Assembly (NCBI GenBank): GCA_963701315.1
Contig: OY969603.1
Coordinates: 2,896,394 to 2,960,393 of the forward strand
Direction: 5' to 3'
Source: an uncultured Acidobacteriota bacterium
GTDB taxonomy: Bacteria; Acidobacteriota; Vicinamibacteria; Vicinamibacterales; Fen-181
Length of the DNA stretch: 64,000 bases
Part shown: positions 28,292 through 38,188 of the stretch, piece by piece
Numbering within the stretch: the first letter of the stretch is position 1
Layout of the letters: each line of letters opens with the position of its first letter
The notes under the pieces: generated by a model
What the model was told of the DNA's origin: nothing
What the model saw: the letters and a program-made list of their open reading frames with translations, nothing else
Databases searched by the model: none
Translations under genes and position numbers: made by a program

Positions 28292-29888
28292 GTGTCACGC
28301 AACGTCGTAGTGGTCATGCTCGACACGCTACAGTTCAACTACCTCGGTTGCTACGGCAACGCGTGGATCCACACGCCTCATATCGATCGGTTTTCCAAGC
28401 AGGGCGTGCTCTTCGAGAACGCGTACACCGAGGGACTTCCTACCATCCCGTGCCGGCGCGCCATGTTCACCGGTCGCTACACGCTGCCCGTGAAAGGTTG
28501 GTCGCAGCTCGACATCGACGACACGACCATTGCCGACCTGTGCTGGGGCCACCCTATCGACACCGCGCTGGTGGGCGACGCCGGACCCCTTCGCCTTCCG
28601 AAGTTCGGCTACTCACGCGGCTTCGATAAGGTCCATTTTATCCACGGTCACGAAACCGACCACCAGGTACCTACGCCCAGGACGAGCTTGCCGGCCTCCG
28701 GGCGGAAGACTACTTCGAGGACCACGTCATGGAGAGCGCGGACACGATCCTCGGCGAGACGGTCGTCCGTCCGCTCATGAACCAGGTGGAATGCCACCTG
28801 AAGGAGCGCCAGGTACCTGGAAGTCGGACGACGACCAGCACGCCGCGCAGGTGATGAAGGCCGCTTCGCGCTACCTGGAGAGCGCCGACCGCAACAAGTC
28901 GTTCTTCCTGTGGGTGGACTGCTTCGATCCCCACGAGCCCTGGGACCCGCCCTCGGTCTACGACCGAACCCTGCGATGTCCGTACGACCCGGACTACCAG
29001 GGCAAGGACATGTTCCTGCCGATCCAGGGGCACGTGCGGGGCCTTTACACGGAGCCAGAGCTGCACCACATCCGGATGCTCTATGCCGAAAAGGTCACGA
29101 TGGTTGACAAGTGGTTCGGCTGGTTGATGGACAGGATCCGGGCGCTCGGCCTGGAAGAGAACACGCTGGTGCTACTCGTGTCGGATCATGGCTGCCCCAT
29201 GGGCAACGGTGAGCACGGCCACGGGATCATGCGCAAATGCCGTCCGTGGCCGTACGAGGAACTCGCGCACATTCCGATGATTGTTCGCGGTCCCGGCCTG
29301 CCGCACGACGCGCGCGTGTCTGGTTTCGTGCAGTCCTGCGACGTCGCGCCGACCGTCGTCGACTGGCTCGGGATCGGCGTTCATCCCTCGATGCAGGGCA
29401 AGAGCCTGCTGCCTCTCGCGAAGGGCGAGGTCGAACGGCTGAGGGACTTCGCCCTCGCGGGGTACTTCCGCTACTCCTGGTCGCTCATCACGCCGGACTG
29501 GTCCTTCATCCACTGGCTCAAGGACGAGGAGAAGACCGTCGCCGATTCGCGGTTCGGCATGTACGGCCGCGAACTAGCGCAATCCACGGCGCACCTGCTC
29601 CAAACGAGGAGGCTGAATGCGGTGGAGGATCGAGACACGGCCTTCTACACGAGAGCGTACGAGGAATACAAGAAAGCCGCAACCCTCGATGGCGAGGACC
29701 AGTGGACGTGCACGGCGGCCAGTTCCGGAGAGGTGCCGGCACGCGACGAGTTGTACCACCGGGTAGCGGATCCGTTCCAGCTGAGGAACGTCGCAGCGGA
29801 GAAGTCGGACGTCGCCCGTGACCTGTTCGAGCGGCTTCGCCTCTTCATGGCTGAGCTGCGGGCGTCGGACAGCGGTGCTCTGTTGTGA
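28292..29888 (+). CDS. cytoplasmic sulfatase-family (alkaline-phosphatase superfamily) enzyme with Thr at the FGly position; two apparent -1 frame breaks
   Basis: No signal peptide. Motifs VVVMLDTLQ..., LPTIPCRRAMFTGRY (T-x-P-x-R-x4-TG), FFLWVDCFDPHEPW and LLVSDHG. Coding signal moves frame 2 to 1 at 28666 and frame 1 to 0 at 28812. Confidence 0.8.
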
Positions 29889-30241
29889 CCGCAGGGAGGG
29901 CGGCGCCAGTGGCCGAGAACATCAGGCTTCTCACGACGGACACGTTCGCTGATCACATCGCCACCGGCCTGAATCGGGTCGTGCTCGTGTTTCGGCAGCG
30001 CTGCCCCAATTGTCAGGTCTTGATGGCGGTCATCGACAAGTGTCGCGGGGCCTGGCCGGATCTCGACGTCGCCGGCATCGACGCAGACGAAAGCCCGGCC
30101 CTGCTCGAGCAAATGGGGGTCAGCAAGGTTCCAACCGTCCTCGTCTTCCGAAACGGCGAGTTGTCCGCGCGCAGGACCGGGGTGATGAGCCCGTCAGAGC
30201 TGCGGCGTCTGATTGCGTCGGCAGCAGCTCCACACCCATGA
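29885..30241 (+). CDS. thioredoxin-fold protein with CPNC active-site motif
   Basis: GTG start overlaps the sulfatase stop (GTGA). Motifs VLVFRQRCPNCQ and ...VSKVPTVLVFRNGE match a thioredoxin fold (WCGPC replaced by RCPNC; cis-Pro region VPT). Confidence 0.8.
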   Translation: MTAGRAAPVAENIRLLTTDTFADHIATGLNRVVLVFRQRCPNCQVLMAVIDKCRGAWPDLDVAGIDADESPALLEQMGVSKVPTVLVFRNGELSARRTGVMSPSELRRLIASAAAPHP

Positions 30242-31158
30242 GCGAGTCCGAGCGTGACCTGATCGTCGTCGGCGGGGGGATTGCAGGCATGACGGCCGCG
30301 ATCTATGCGGCGCGCGCGGGCCTCGACCTCCTGTTGCTCGAGAAGGCGACGTGCGGAGGGGTCGCAAACGCCAGTTGCAGCGTCGAGAACTTCCCGTCCT
30401 ACCGAGCCATCGGCGGCATGGAGCTGATGCAGAGAATCAAGAGCCACGTCCGCTCGTTGGGCGTTCCCATCGAGGAACTGACCGAGGTCGAACATGTCGA
30501 CCTCGAATCCAGGACGAAGACGATCACGACGGCCGACGGCCGATACGGGGCGAGGACGCTGATCATCGCGACGGGCAGTGCGCCGAACCAACTTCCGATC
30601 GAAGCCGCCTGCGACGAGCGGGTCCATTACTGCGCGCTCTGTGACGGCCCTGCCTACAAGGGAAAGGACGTGGTGGTCGTCGGTGGAGGGAATACCGGGT
30701 TCGACGAGAGCCTGTATCTCGTCAGTCTGGGCGTGCGATCGGTCGTGCTTCTGGAGTGCCTGGAGACCTGCGGCGCCGCGCAGGCCATTCAGCAAAGAGC
30801 CGAGTCCACCGGGAGAATCACGGTGAGGACGAGTTGCCGCGTTCGCGCCCTCGTTCCCGACAACGAGCGGGTACACCTAGCCGTCGACGACGCTCGAAGG
30901 GGCTCGAGCGACGCGGTCATCGCGGACGGCGTGTTCGTGTACATCGGGCACACGCCAAACAGCGCGATCGTCGCGGGGAAGCTGGATCTCGATCCGTTCG
31001 GCTCCATCGTGGCCGACGCCTTGATGCACACCAGTCGTCCCGGCGTCTTTGCGGCTGGCGACGTGGTTGCCAAGAGATACAGGCAACTGACGACTGCGAT
31101 GGCGGATGGAACGATCGCCGCCCTAGAGGCGGCGAGATACGTGCGCGAGTGCGCGTGA
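30238..31158 (+). CDS. thioredoxin reductase-like FAD/NAD(P)H disulfide oxidoreductase (TrxB-like)
   Basis: ATG overlaps the upstream stop (ATGA). Motifs VVGGGIAGMTAA (FAD), HYCALCDG (redox CxxC, compare CATCDG), VVGGGNTGFDESLYL (NADPH) and FAAGDV. Confidence 0.85.
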   Translation: MSESERDLIVVGGGIAGMTAAIYAARAGLDLLLLEKATCGGVANASCSVENFPSYRAIGGMELMQRIKSHVRSLGVPIEELTEVEHVDLESRTKTITTADGRYGARTLIIATGSAPNQLPIEAACDERVHYCALCDGPAYKGKDVVVVGGGNTGFDESLYLVSLGVRSVVLLECLETCGAAQAIQQRAESTGRITVRTSCRVRALVPDNERVHLAVDDARRGSSDAVIADGVFVYIGHTPNSAIVAGKLDLDPFGSIVADALMHTSRPGVFAAGDVVAKRYRQLTTAMADGTIAALEAARYVRECA

Positions 31159-31375
31159 GCGGAACGGTCGGGCGCTGGCTGACCGGCAGCCGCCGAGGGC
31201 ATCGATGAGGCAACGGTTGAAGCACGGGCACGGAGAGCAGACGCACGGGAGGATCAACAGCCAGGAAGCCAGTATGAGGGGCAAGCGCCAGCAACGGTGT
31301 TTGACGACGTGTCTGCCCCGGACTGAAGCACCGGGGCCAACGACGCATGTTCAGAAGCACAGTCAGGAGGTCGCG

Positions 31376-34192
31376 ATGAAAGGTGTCATAGGGCGCCCAC
31401 TTGCCGGCGCAGTATGCGTGTTGGTCTTGTTGGCGGCGACGGCAGCGGCCCAGACCGCAACAGGGACGATCGCGGGCACCGTCACGGACTCGACGGGGGG
31501 AGTGCTGCCCGGCGTCGCCGTCTCGCTTTCCGGCGAGCGATTGCTCGGCGGCATCCAGACAGAGACCACCGACGTCAAAGGCGTGTTCCGCTTCGACCGC
31601 CTCCCGCCAGGTCTCTACGACGTGAAGTTCGAGATGCAGGGCTTCAAGACGGTTCAGCGGAGCGGGGTCCGAATCAGTGCCGGGTTCACTGCCACTGTCA
31701 ACGTGCCTCTCGAGGTCGGACAGGTCGCGGAGACCGTGACGGTCACGGGGGCGTCGCCCACGGTGGACACCAAGTCCACCCTGCAACAGACGGTCATGTC
31801 CCAGGAGATTCTCGAGGGCGTGCCGACCGGCCGCGACCCGTGGTCGCTGGCCAAGATCATCCCGGGCGTTCAGGTCTCCACGTACGACGTCGGGGGGACG
31901 CAGAGCATGAATTCGAGCAACCTCAGCTCCCACGGCTCCAGCACTGACGACGTCGTCTACGCCATCGACGGGATGAACACCAACTTCGTGGGAAGCAACG
32001 GCGGCGGTAACGCCATTTACTTCGACCAGGGGATGTTCGACGAGGTCGACTACCAGACGTCCGCCCTGCCGGCGGAGAACTCCATCGGTGGCGTGTTCAT
32101 CAACATGGTAACGAAGCAGGGCGGAAACAAGCTTACCGGTGATCTCAGGGTGAACTACTCGAATCAGAGCCTGCAGGGCAATAATTGGAGCACTCCCGAA
32201 CTCCAGAAATACGGCTTCGCCGGCGGAAACCCGGTGACCAAGCTGTACGACGTCAACCTGACGGCCGGCGGCCCGATCAAGAAGGACCGTGTCTGGTGGT
32301 TCGGTTCGTACCGCCGCTGGGCGGTCACCCAGCTCACGTTGGGGGCGAGGAACCCGGATGGCAGCTACGCCATCGACGACAGCTGGATCACGAACGGCTC
32401 AGGCAAGGCCACCTGGCAGCTCACCTCGCGCCACAGAATCAACGTGCTGGTCAACTTCGATCAGAAGCGCAGGCCTCACCGGATTGATTCGGACACAGGC
32501 ATTGGCATCCCTGCCTCGTACGTCCCGAACATCGCCACCCAAAACCAGACGAGCAATCACTGGCAGGGTGGGCCGCAGTACACGGGTATCTTCGGCAACG
32601 CGGTGTTCGAGTCCCGACTCAGCATTCGGGAGGGCACCGGTTACTTCACGTACCAGGACGGCGTGAACGGCGCGATTCGCGTCCAGGATCTCGCGCTCAG
32701 CACGGCTGCCGCGGCCGGACCCTGGAACATCACGAGGCCGAACGGGCTCGAGAACTGGGAGAACAGCTTAGCGTACCACGTGCCGTCGTGGGCCGGAGAG
32801 CACAACTTCAAGGGCGGCGTCCAGATTACGTGGCAGCAATGGGAAGAGGACTATCAGATCAACGGAGACGAGTACCTCATCTACAACAACGGCGTTCCCA
32901 ACGAGGTGGTGCTCTTCAACACGCCGACCAGCGTGCGGGCCTACGAACATCAGATCGGCATCTTCATCCAAGACACCTGGACGCCCGCCAGCAGGCTCTC
33001 CGTGAACATCGGCGCTCGCTATGATCACCTGGTCGGCGGATGGCCGACATACGACGTGCCGGCCGGTACTTGGGTCCCCGACCGTCAACTGACTGCGGCC
33101 GAGCCGGTCCATCAACAGATCGGCGTCTGGCGCCTGGGCGTCATCTGGGACGTCATGGGGAACGGCAAGACGGCGCTCAAGGCGAGTGCCAGCCGCTACG
33201 GCTCCAGCGTGGGGATCCAGCGCGTGACGGCCGTGGAACCGCTGACCTACCAGAGTGGCACGAGATCGTGGACAGATCTCAACCATGATGGCATGGCCGA
33301 GCCCAACGAGCTCGGCCCCTTTTCGGGTTTCTCTGCGGCCAACGTCCGATATGCGGACGCGAACGGCGGTCCGTGGCCCTACTCGGATGAATACACGGCC
33401 GGCGTGGAGCACGAGCTGCGCAAGGACCTTCGCGTTGCGTTGATGTACTACCATCGTACGAATCGCGACGCGGTCGGGACGCGCAACATGGCGGTGCCGA
33501 CGTCGGCCTATGTTCCGGCGACTGTAACCGTGCCCGGAGCTCCACAAGGGCCAGGCGGAACCGTTACGTTCTACAACCTGCTGCCGGCGTACTTCGGTCT
33601 GCAGCAGACCGTGCTCAACGCCGACCCGCTGCTCAACACCACCTACAACGGGTTGGAATTGACCGCCGCAAAGCGACTCTCCAATCGGTGGCAGCTGGTG
33701 GCCGGCCTGACGCTGAGCAGCAACAAGGGCGGCCTGAACTTCGGGGACCTGAACGACCCGAACAATCTGATCAACCAGCAGGGGACGGTTGGCGACCACT
33801 CCAAGTATTCGGCCAAGGCCTCCGGCAGCTACATGGCGCCCTGGGGTTTCAACGTCAGCGGGGCCTTTCTCTACAACAACGGCTATCCATACCAGTCCAA
33901 GTACACGATCACGCGGTCTGCGTTCCCCGGACTCACCCGGGCGAACCAGGTGGTCTACCTGACCGAGCGTGGCACCGAACGGATGCCAAACGTCGCCATG
34001 CTCGACCTGCGGATCTCGCGTCCGATTAAGCTCGGGGGCGGCCGCCAGCTGACCCCGCAGGTCGAACTCTTCAACATCGGGAACTCGTCGGCGATCACGG
34101 CGCTGACTACAGGCGTCGGTGGGCACTACCTGTATCCATCGCAGATTCTCGGGCCGCGCATGGTGCGTTTCGGTTTCGACCTGCAGTTCTGA
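31376..34192 (+). CDS. TonB-dependent outer-membrane receptor with N-terminal CarboxypepD_reg-like domain (Oar-like)
   Basis: AGGAGG RBS and signal peptide ...LLAATAAAQTATG. Motifs TIAGTVTDSTGGVLPGVAVSL...GVFRFDRLPPGLYDV (Cna/CarboxypepD_reg). The C-terminal beta-barrel ends ...RMVRFGFDLQF (terminal aromatic). Confidence 0.85.
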   Translation: MKGVIGRPLAGAVCVLVLLAATAAAQTATGTIAGTVTDSTGGVLPGVAVSLSGERLLGGIQTETTDVKGVFRFDRLPPGLYDVKFEMQGFKTVQRSGVRISAGFTATVNVPLEVGQVAETVTVTGASPTVDTKSTLQQTVMSQEILEGVPTGRDPWSLAKIIPGVQVSTYDVGGTQSMNSSNLSSHGSSTDDVVYAIDGMNTNFVGSNGGGNAIYFDQGMFDEVDYQTSALPAENSIGGVFINMVTKQGGNKLTGDLRVNYSNQSLQGNNWSTPELQKYGFAGGNPVTKLYDVNLTAGGPIKKDRVWWFGSYRRWAVTQLTLGARNPDGSYAIDDSWITNGSGKATWQLTSRHRINVLVNFDQKRRPHRIDSDTGIGIPASYVPNIATQNQTSNHWQGGPQYTGIFGNAVFESRLSIREGTGYFTYQDGVNGAIRVQDLALSTAAAAGPWNITRPNGLENWENSLAYHVPSWAGEHNFKGGVQITWQQWEEDYQINGDEYLIYNNGVPNEVVLFNTPTSVRAYEHQIGIFIQDTWTPASRLSVNIGARYDHLVGGWPTYDVPAGTWVPDRQLTAAEPVHQQIGVWRLGVIWDVMGNGKTALKASASRYGSSVGIQRVTAVEPLTYQSGTRSWTDLNHDGMAEPNELGPFSGFSAANVRYADANGGPWPYSDEYTAGVEHELRKDLRVALMYYHRTNRDAVGTRNMAVPTSAYVPATVTVPGAPQGPGGTVTFYNLLPAYFGLQQTVLNADPLLNTTYNGLELTAAKRLSNRWQLVAGLTLSSNKGGLNFGDLNDPNNLINQQGTVGDHSKYSAKASGSYMAPWGFNVSGAFLYNNGYPYQSKYTITRSAFPGLTRANQVVYLTERGTERMPNVAMLDLRISRPIKLGGGRQLTPQVELFNIGNSSAITALTTGVGGHYLYPSQILGPRMVRFGFDLQF

Positions 34193-34226
34193 TGTGGATC
34201 AGCCGGCTCCGACAAAGGAGGCTCGC

Positions 34227-35987
34227 ATGTCCCGTCGGCTCGCGTGTTCGTTGCTGGCAGTCGCGCTCATCGTTGCACTTACGGCGACCGGCTGGGCACA
34301 GGAGAGGGCCAAGTCCCCGGCCGAGCGTCAGTGGCGATGGCCGACGACGGTTGAGCCGGCGCCGGATCGCCGGGCCGGCGAAGGGGAGGGCCCGTTTGAC
34401 CGCCTGATCATCCGGGGGGCGACGATGATCGACGGCACCGGCGCCCCGGCGGAAGGGCCGGTCGACATCGTCATCGAGAAGAACCGGATCGCGGACATTC
34501 GGGTGGTGGGCGTGCCAGGCGTCCCGATTCGCCCGGCGAATCGGCCGGGAGGGGCGACGCGGGAGATCGATGCGATCGGTATGTACGTGCTGCCCGGTTT
34601 CATCGATCTCCACGCGCACATCGGGCGCGCCGAAACGGGCGCGCCCGCCGAGTTCGTGTACAAACTCTGGCTCGCGCACGGCGTAACGACGATCCGCGAG
34701 GCGGGGTCGTTCAACGGCATCGACTGGACGCTCCGTGAACGCGACCGGAGCGCGAAGAACGCGATCGTCGCCCCGCGCATCTTCGTCTACATCGAACCTT
34801 CCGTAGGCCAAGTGCCCAAGGGGGAGGGCCTGGCGGGTGCCGCGCCGTCTTTCCTGGCATCAGCACGCGCAGGGGTGGTAGCGGCGGAAACGCAGAGAGG
34901 CAACGTACCGCCGCCATTGTCCCCCGAGGGAATGGCGCGCTACGTCAGTTGGGTGGCTGAGAAGGGCGTGGACGGATTCAAGCTGCTGACCACACTGGAT
35001 CCGGAGATCGTGGCGCCACTGCTCGAAGAGGCGAACAAGCACCATCTGGGCAGCATGGCGCACCTTGCGCAGATGGGCGTCTCGCGGATGAACGCGGTCA
35101 TCGCCGCGAGGCTCGGGCTCGGCTCGCTGGAGCATTGCTACGGGCTGCCCGAGGCGCTCTTCGAGGATCAGACGATCCAGGCATTTCCCGCCGACTTCAA
35201 CTACGGCGACGAGTCGCAGCGGTTTGCGCAGTTCGGCCGGGCGTGGAAGCAGGCGGCCCGGCCCGGAAGCGAGAAATGGAACGAGGTCATCAAGGAGCTG
35301 ATCGCGCGGCACTTCGTCCTCGATCCGACGATGACCGTCTACGAGAAGGCCCGTGACGTGAGCAGGGCCATGCACCTCGAGTGGCTCGACACCTACGCGC
35401 TGCCATCGCAGTGGCAGTCCTGGATGCCGAACCGCGAGCTACACGGCACCTACTTCGTGAACTGGACGACGGCCGACGAGATCGCGTGGAAGCAGAACTT
35501 CCGCCTCTGGATGGCCTTCCTGAACGAGTACAAGAACCGGGGCGGGCGCGTGACGACGGGCTCGGACTCAGCAGGGCCGTTTGAGGAGTTCGGCTTCCAG
35601 TACGTGCGCGAGTTGGAGTTGCTGCAGGAAGCGGGCTTTACCCCCCTCGAGGTGGTTCGTGCGGCCACGATGCTGGGCGCTCAGACGCTGGTCGAACCCA
35701 AGGGCAAACCGATTGAGTTCGGCATCCTCCGGCCTGGGCTGCTTGCGGATCTAGTGATCGTTCCGCTGAATCCTCTGGCGAACTTCAAGGTGCTGTACGG
35801 CACCGGCGCAATGCGGCTGAACGATCAGACGGGCGAGATCGAGCGTGTCGGGGGCGTCAAATATGTGATCAAGGACGGCATTCTCTACGACGCGAAGAAG
35901 CTGCTCGCTGACGTGGCGGGCATGGTCCGGGAAGCGAAGAAGAAGACGGCCGCGAAGTCGCCCTCCCCGACGGGGGCAGGACAGTGA
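34227..35987 (+). CDS. secreted amidohydrolase family protein
   Basis: AAGGAGG RBS and signal peptide MSRRLACSLLAVALIVALTATGWAQ. Motifs LIIRGATMIDGTGAP, LPGFIDLHAHI and TGSDS. Confidence 0.8.
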   Translation: MSRRLACSLLAVALIVALTATGWAQERAKSPAERQWRWPTTVEPAPDRRAGEGEGPFDRLIIRGATMIDGTGAPAEGPVDIVIEKNRIADIRVVGVPGVPIRPANRPGGATREIDAIGMYVLPGFIDLHAHIGRAETGAPAEFVYKLWLAHGVTTIREAGSFNGIDWTLRERDRSAKNAIVAPRIFVYIEPSVGQVPKGEGLAGAAPSFLASARAGVVAAETQRGNVPPPLSPEGMARYVSWVAEKGVDGFKLLTTLDPEIVAPLLEEANKHHLGSMAHLAQMGVSRMNAVIAARLGLGSLEHCYGLPEALFEDQTIQAFPADFNYGDESQRFAQFGRAWKQAARPGSEKWNEVIKELIARHFVLDPTMTVYEKARDVSRAMHLEWLDTYALPSQWQSWMPNRELHGTYFVNWTTADEIAWKQNFRLWMAFLNEYKNRGGRVTTGSDSAGPFEEFGFQYVRELELLQEAGFTPLEVVRAATMLGAQTLVEPKGKPIEFGILRPGLLADLVIVPLNPLANFKVLYGTGAMRLNDQTGEIERVGGVKYVIKDGILYDAKKLLADVAGMVREAKKKTAAKSPSPTGAGQ

Positions 35988-37393
35988 AGGAGATCGCTGC
36001 CTCGGGGTCCGGAGCCCTTAGCGAGTCTGGCGAGGCAGGGGGCCCCGGGGCAGCGAGCGAAGCGCTGTCCCGTGAGCAAGGCTCCACGCTCAAGCGCGAA
36101 CTGGGCCGCTGGGACCTGACCGCGATGGGCATCAACATCGTGATCGGCGGCGGCATCTTCTTGGTGCCCGCCCAAGCCGCTCGCGATGTCGGTCCGTGGG
36201 CGCCGCTCGTTTACCTGTTCCTGGGGTTCACTGGCCTCATCGTCGGCCTATGCTTCGCCGAAGTCGGTAGCCGATTCGTCGGGACCGGTGGACCCTACCT
36301 CTATACACGGGTCGCCTTTGGCAGATTCGCGGCGTTCGAAGTGGGATGGATGGCGTGGTTCACCAGGGCCGCAGCACAGGCATCGGTGGTGAACGGCCTC
36401 GTGCTTGCTCTCGGCTTCTACTGGCCGGCCGTTCGGGAACCTCTTGAGCGAACGCTCATACTCGTCGGGCTCACCAGCTTCTTGGCCTGGATCAATGTCC
36501 GTGGTATCAAGCTGTCTGCGTGGATGATCAACTTCCTGACTATCGGGAAGCTCGTTCCCTTGGCCACGTTCGGTGTGGTTGGTCTGTTCTTCGTGGACAC
36601 GGGACGGCTGGCGCCGTCGGGTCACGTCGGCTGGTCGGAACTCTCCAGCACTGCGCTCCTACTGCTCTTCGTCTCTAGCGGCTACGAGGTGATTGCGGTT
36701 CCGGCCGGCGAAGTCAAGAACCCGCGCACAGTCGTGCCCTTTGCCATCTTTGCGACAGTCGCCGTGATGACCGCCATCAATACGCTGGTCCAGATGTCGG
36801 CGGAGGGGACGTTGCCGTCGCTGGCGTCGTCCCAGACGCCACTGGCGGATGCGGCGTCCATCTTCATGGGGAGGCCTGGCGCGCTGCTGATCGGCGTCGG
36901 TTCCGTCCTTTCAATGATCGGCGCCAACGCGGGACAGATTCTGACCGGATCGCGGCTCTTGTACGCGTTGGGTGAGAACCGTGACCTGCCTAGATTCTTC
37001 GCCAGAGTACACCCACGGTTCCGTACACCGTCGAATGCGGTCCTGTTCTCCTCTGCCGTCACCCTGGTGCTCGCACTGTCCGGGTCCTTCGCGGCGCTTG
37101 CTGCGGCCACAGCGGTCGCTCGCCTCATCACGCACCTTGGCGTTTCTGCGGCGACCTTGCGACTTCGCCATCCGAAATTCGACAATGTCGTCCGGCCTGC
37201 GACCTTTGTCACGCCTTTCGGGCCGGTCATTCCGGTGTTGGCAATGCTGTTATCGGCTGGGATTTTGGCCGGAGTGTCTCAACAGCAGGTTGTTGCAGGC
37301 GTGCTGGCGCTGATTGGCGGCGCCGTCCTCTTTTTGATCGCGGCCGGCCGGCGAGGCGAGGCGGGTGGCGATCGCATCGCGCGGATAGGCTGA
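35984..37393 (+). CDS. APC-superfamily amino acid/polyamine permease
   Basis: GTG start overlaps the amidohydrolase stop. The motif ...LKRELGRWDLTAMGINIVIGGGIFLVPAQAA and about 12 hydrophobic segments are typical of the APC family. Confidence 0.85.
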   Translation: MKEIAASGSGALSESGEAGGPGAASEALSREQGSTLKRELGRWDLTAMGINIVIGGGIFLVPAQAARDVGPWAPLVYLFLGFTGLIVGLCFAEVGSRFVGTGGPYLYTRVAFGRFAAFEVGWMAWFTRAAAQASVVNGLVLALGFYWPAVREPLERTLILVGLTSFLAWINVRGIKLSAWMINFLTIGKLVPLATFGVVGLFFVDTGRLAPSGHVGWSELSSTALLLLFVSSGYEVIAVPAGEVKNPRTVVPFAIFATVAVMTAINTLVQMSAEGTLPSLASSQTPLADAASIFMGRPGALLIGVGSVLSMIGANAGQILTGSRLLYALGENRDLPRFFARVHPRFRTPSNAVLFSSAVTLVLALSGSFAALAAATAVARLITHLGVSAATLRLRHPKFDNVVRPATFVTPFGPVIPVLAMLLSAGILAGVSQQQVVAGVLALIGGAVLFLIAAGRRGEAGGDRIARIG

Positions 37394-37724
37394 GGCGCGA
37401 ACGCCCATCGCCCGCTATTCGGAGCAGCGCCGGTAGAGTCGAGGAAGCGCGCGGTGACGTGCAGGTCCGGCGGCGCCGAGTGCGAGCGACGTCTTTCGTT
37501 GCCACCCTCGCCGAGAAGACCATCGGTCCGTTTCGCCTCTCCGCTCATCGAACTGGACGTGCGGATTTCCCGCATCCAGCTCTCGGACGGGTTTCACGTC
37601 AAGGCATGCACGCGCGGCGCCGCGGGCCAGAGACTGGAGAGAGAATGCCCGCGGCTCGGGCTCACGTCCGACCGTCTCCGCGGTGCCGCCGTTCTGAAGA
37701 AGATGCCCGCAGCCTGCGCCGTGG

Positions 37725-37922
37725 ATGCTCCGCTTCGACCGTCAGACGCTGTACGAGGAGATTTGGTCGGAGCCAGCCGAGAAAGTGGCCGCTCGATACG
37801 GCGTCTCCGGGTTCGCGAATTCCAAGGTCTGCCGATGTCTCCGGATTCCCAAGCCGCCGCGCGGCTACTGGGCCATGAAGGCAGCCGGTTACCGCACAGC
37901 GCCACATCCCAAGCTTCCGTAG
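37725..37922 (+). pseudogene. N-terminal fragment (65 aa) of a conserved hypothetical protein
   Basis: MLRFDRQTLYEEIWSEPAEKVAARYGVSGFANSKVCRCLRIPKPPRGYWAMKAAG resembles the N-terminus of longer proteins (…LYEEVW..P…A..YGVS…K.C..L.IP.P.RGYW.K). It stops after 65 aa. Assignment is from memory only. Confidence 0.4.
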
Positions 37923-38188
37923 GTCGACGACCTGAAGCCCTCTGAGAAGCACCGATCGCGCTGACCCTGTCGGGCTGGAAACCAGCTTCGCGGTCCGGAG
38001 TGCAGATCGTCTCTGCCCTATGCACATCGTGCCGTGGAACACGAATCGGCGGTCGGCGCTGACACGCGCGAGCTTGCGTAGCCTACCTGCGCGACGTACT
38101 GCGGGCGGACGCGGTAGTGGGGCCAGGACGCGGGCGGGCAGGAACCACAGCCCGATTGTGGTGGAGCTGACCGACTGACCTCATCAGT

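Noticed and set aside
28663-28818. Programmed -1 ribosomal frameshifting in the sulfatase-like gene
   Set aside because: CCAGGTACCT is not an X XXY YYZ slippery heptamer, and two consecutive programmed shifts would be unprecedented. The same GTAC-adjacent pattern breaks unrelated genes, so an indel artefact or mutation is more parsimonious.
31159-31375. Possible riboswitch (for example cobalamin) in the 217-nt leader of the TonB-dependent receptor gene
   Set aside because: I could not find a B12-box-like consensus or any convincing conserved helices by eye. An Rfam scan would be needed before any claim.
37415-37600. Minus-strand peptides ...LDAGNPHVQFDERRGETDR... and MREIRTSSSMSGEAKRTDG... 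that vaguely recall translations of dispersed repeat elements seen in other genomes
   Set aside because: The recollection is imprecise. Only the 40-bp part adjoining the permease stop is actually repeated in this window, and no boundaries of an element could be defined.
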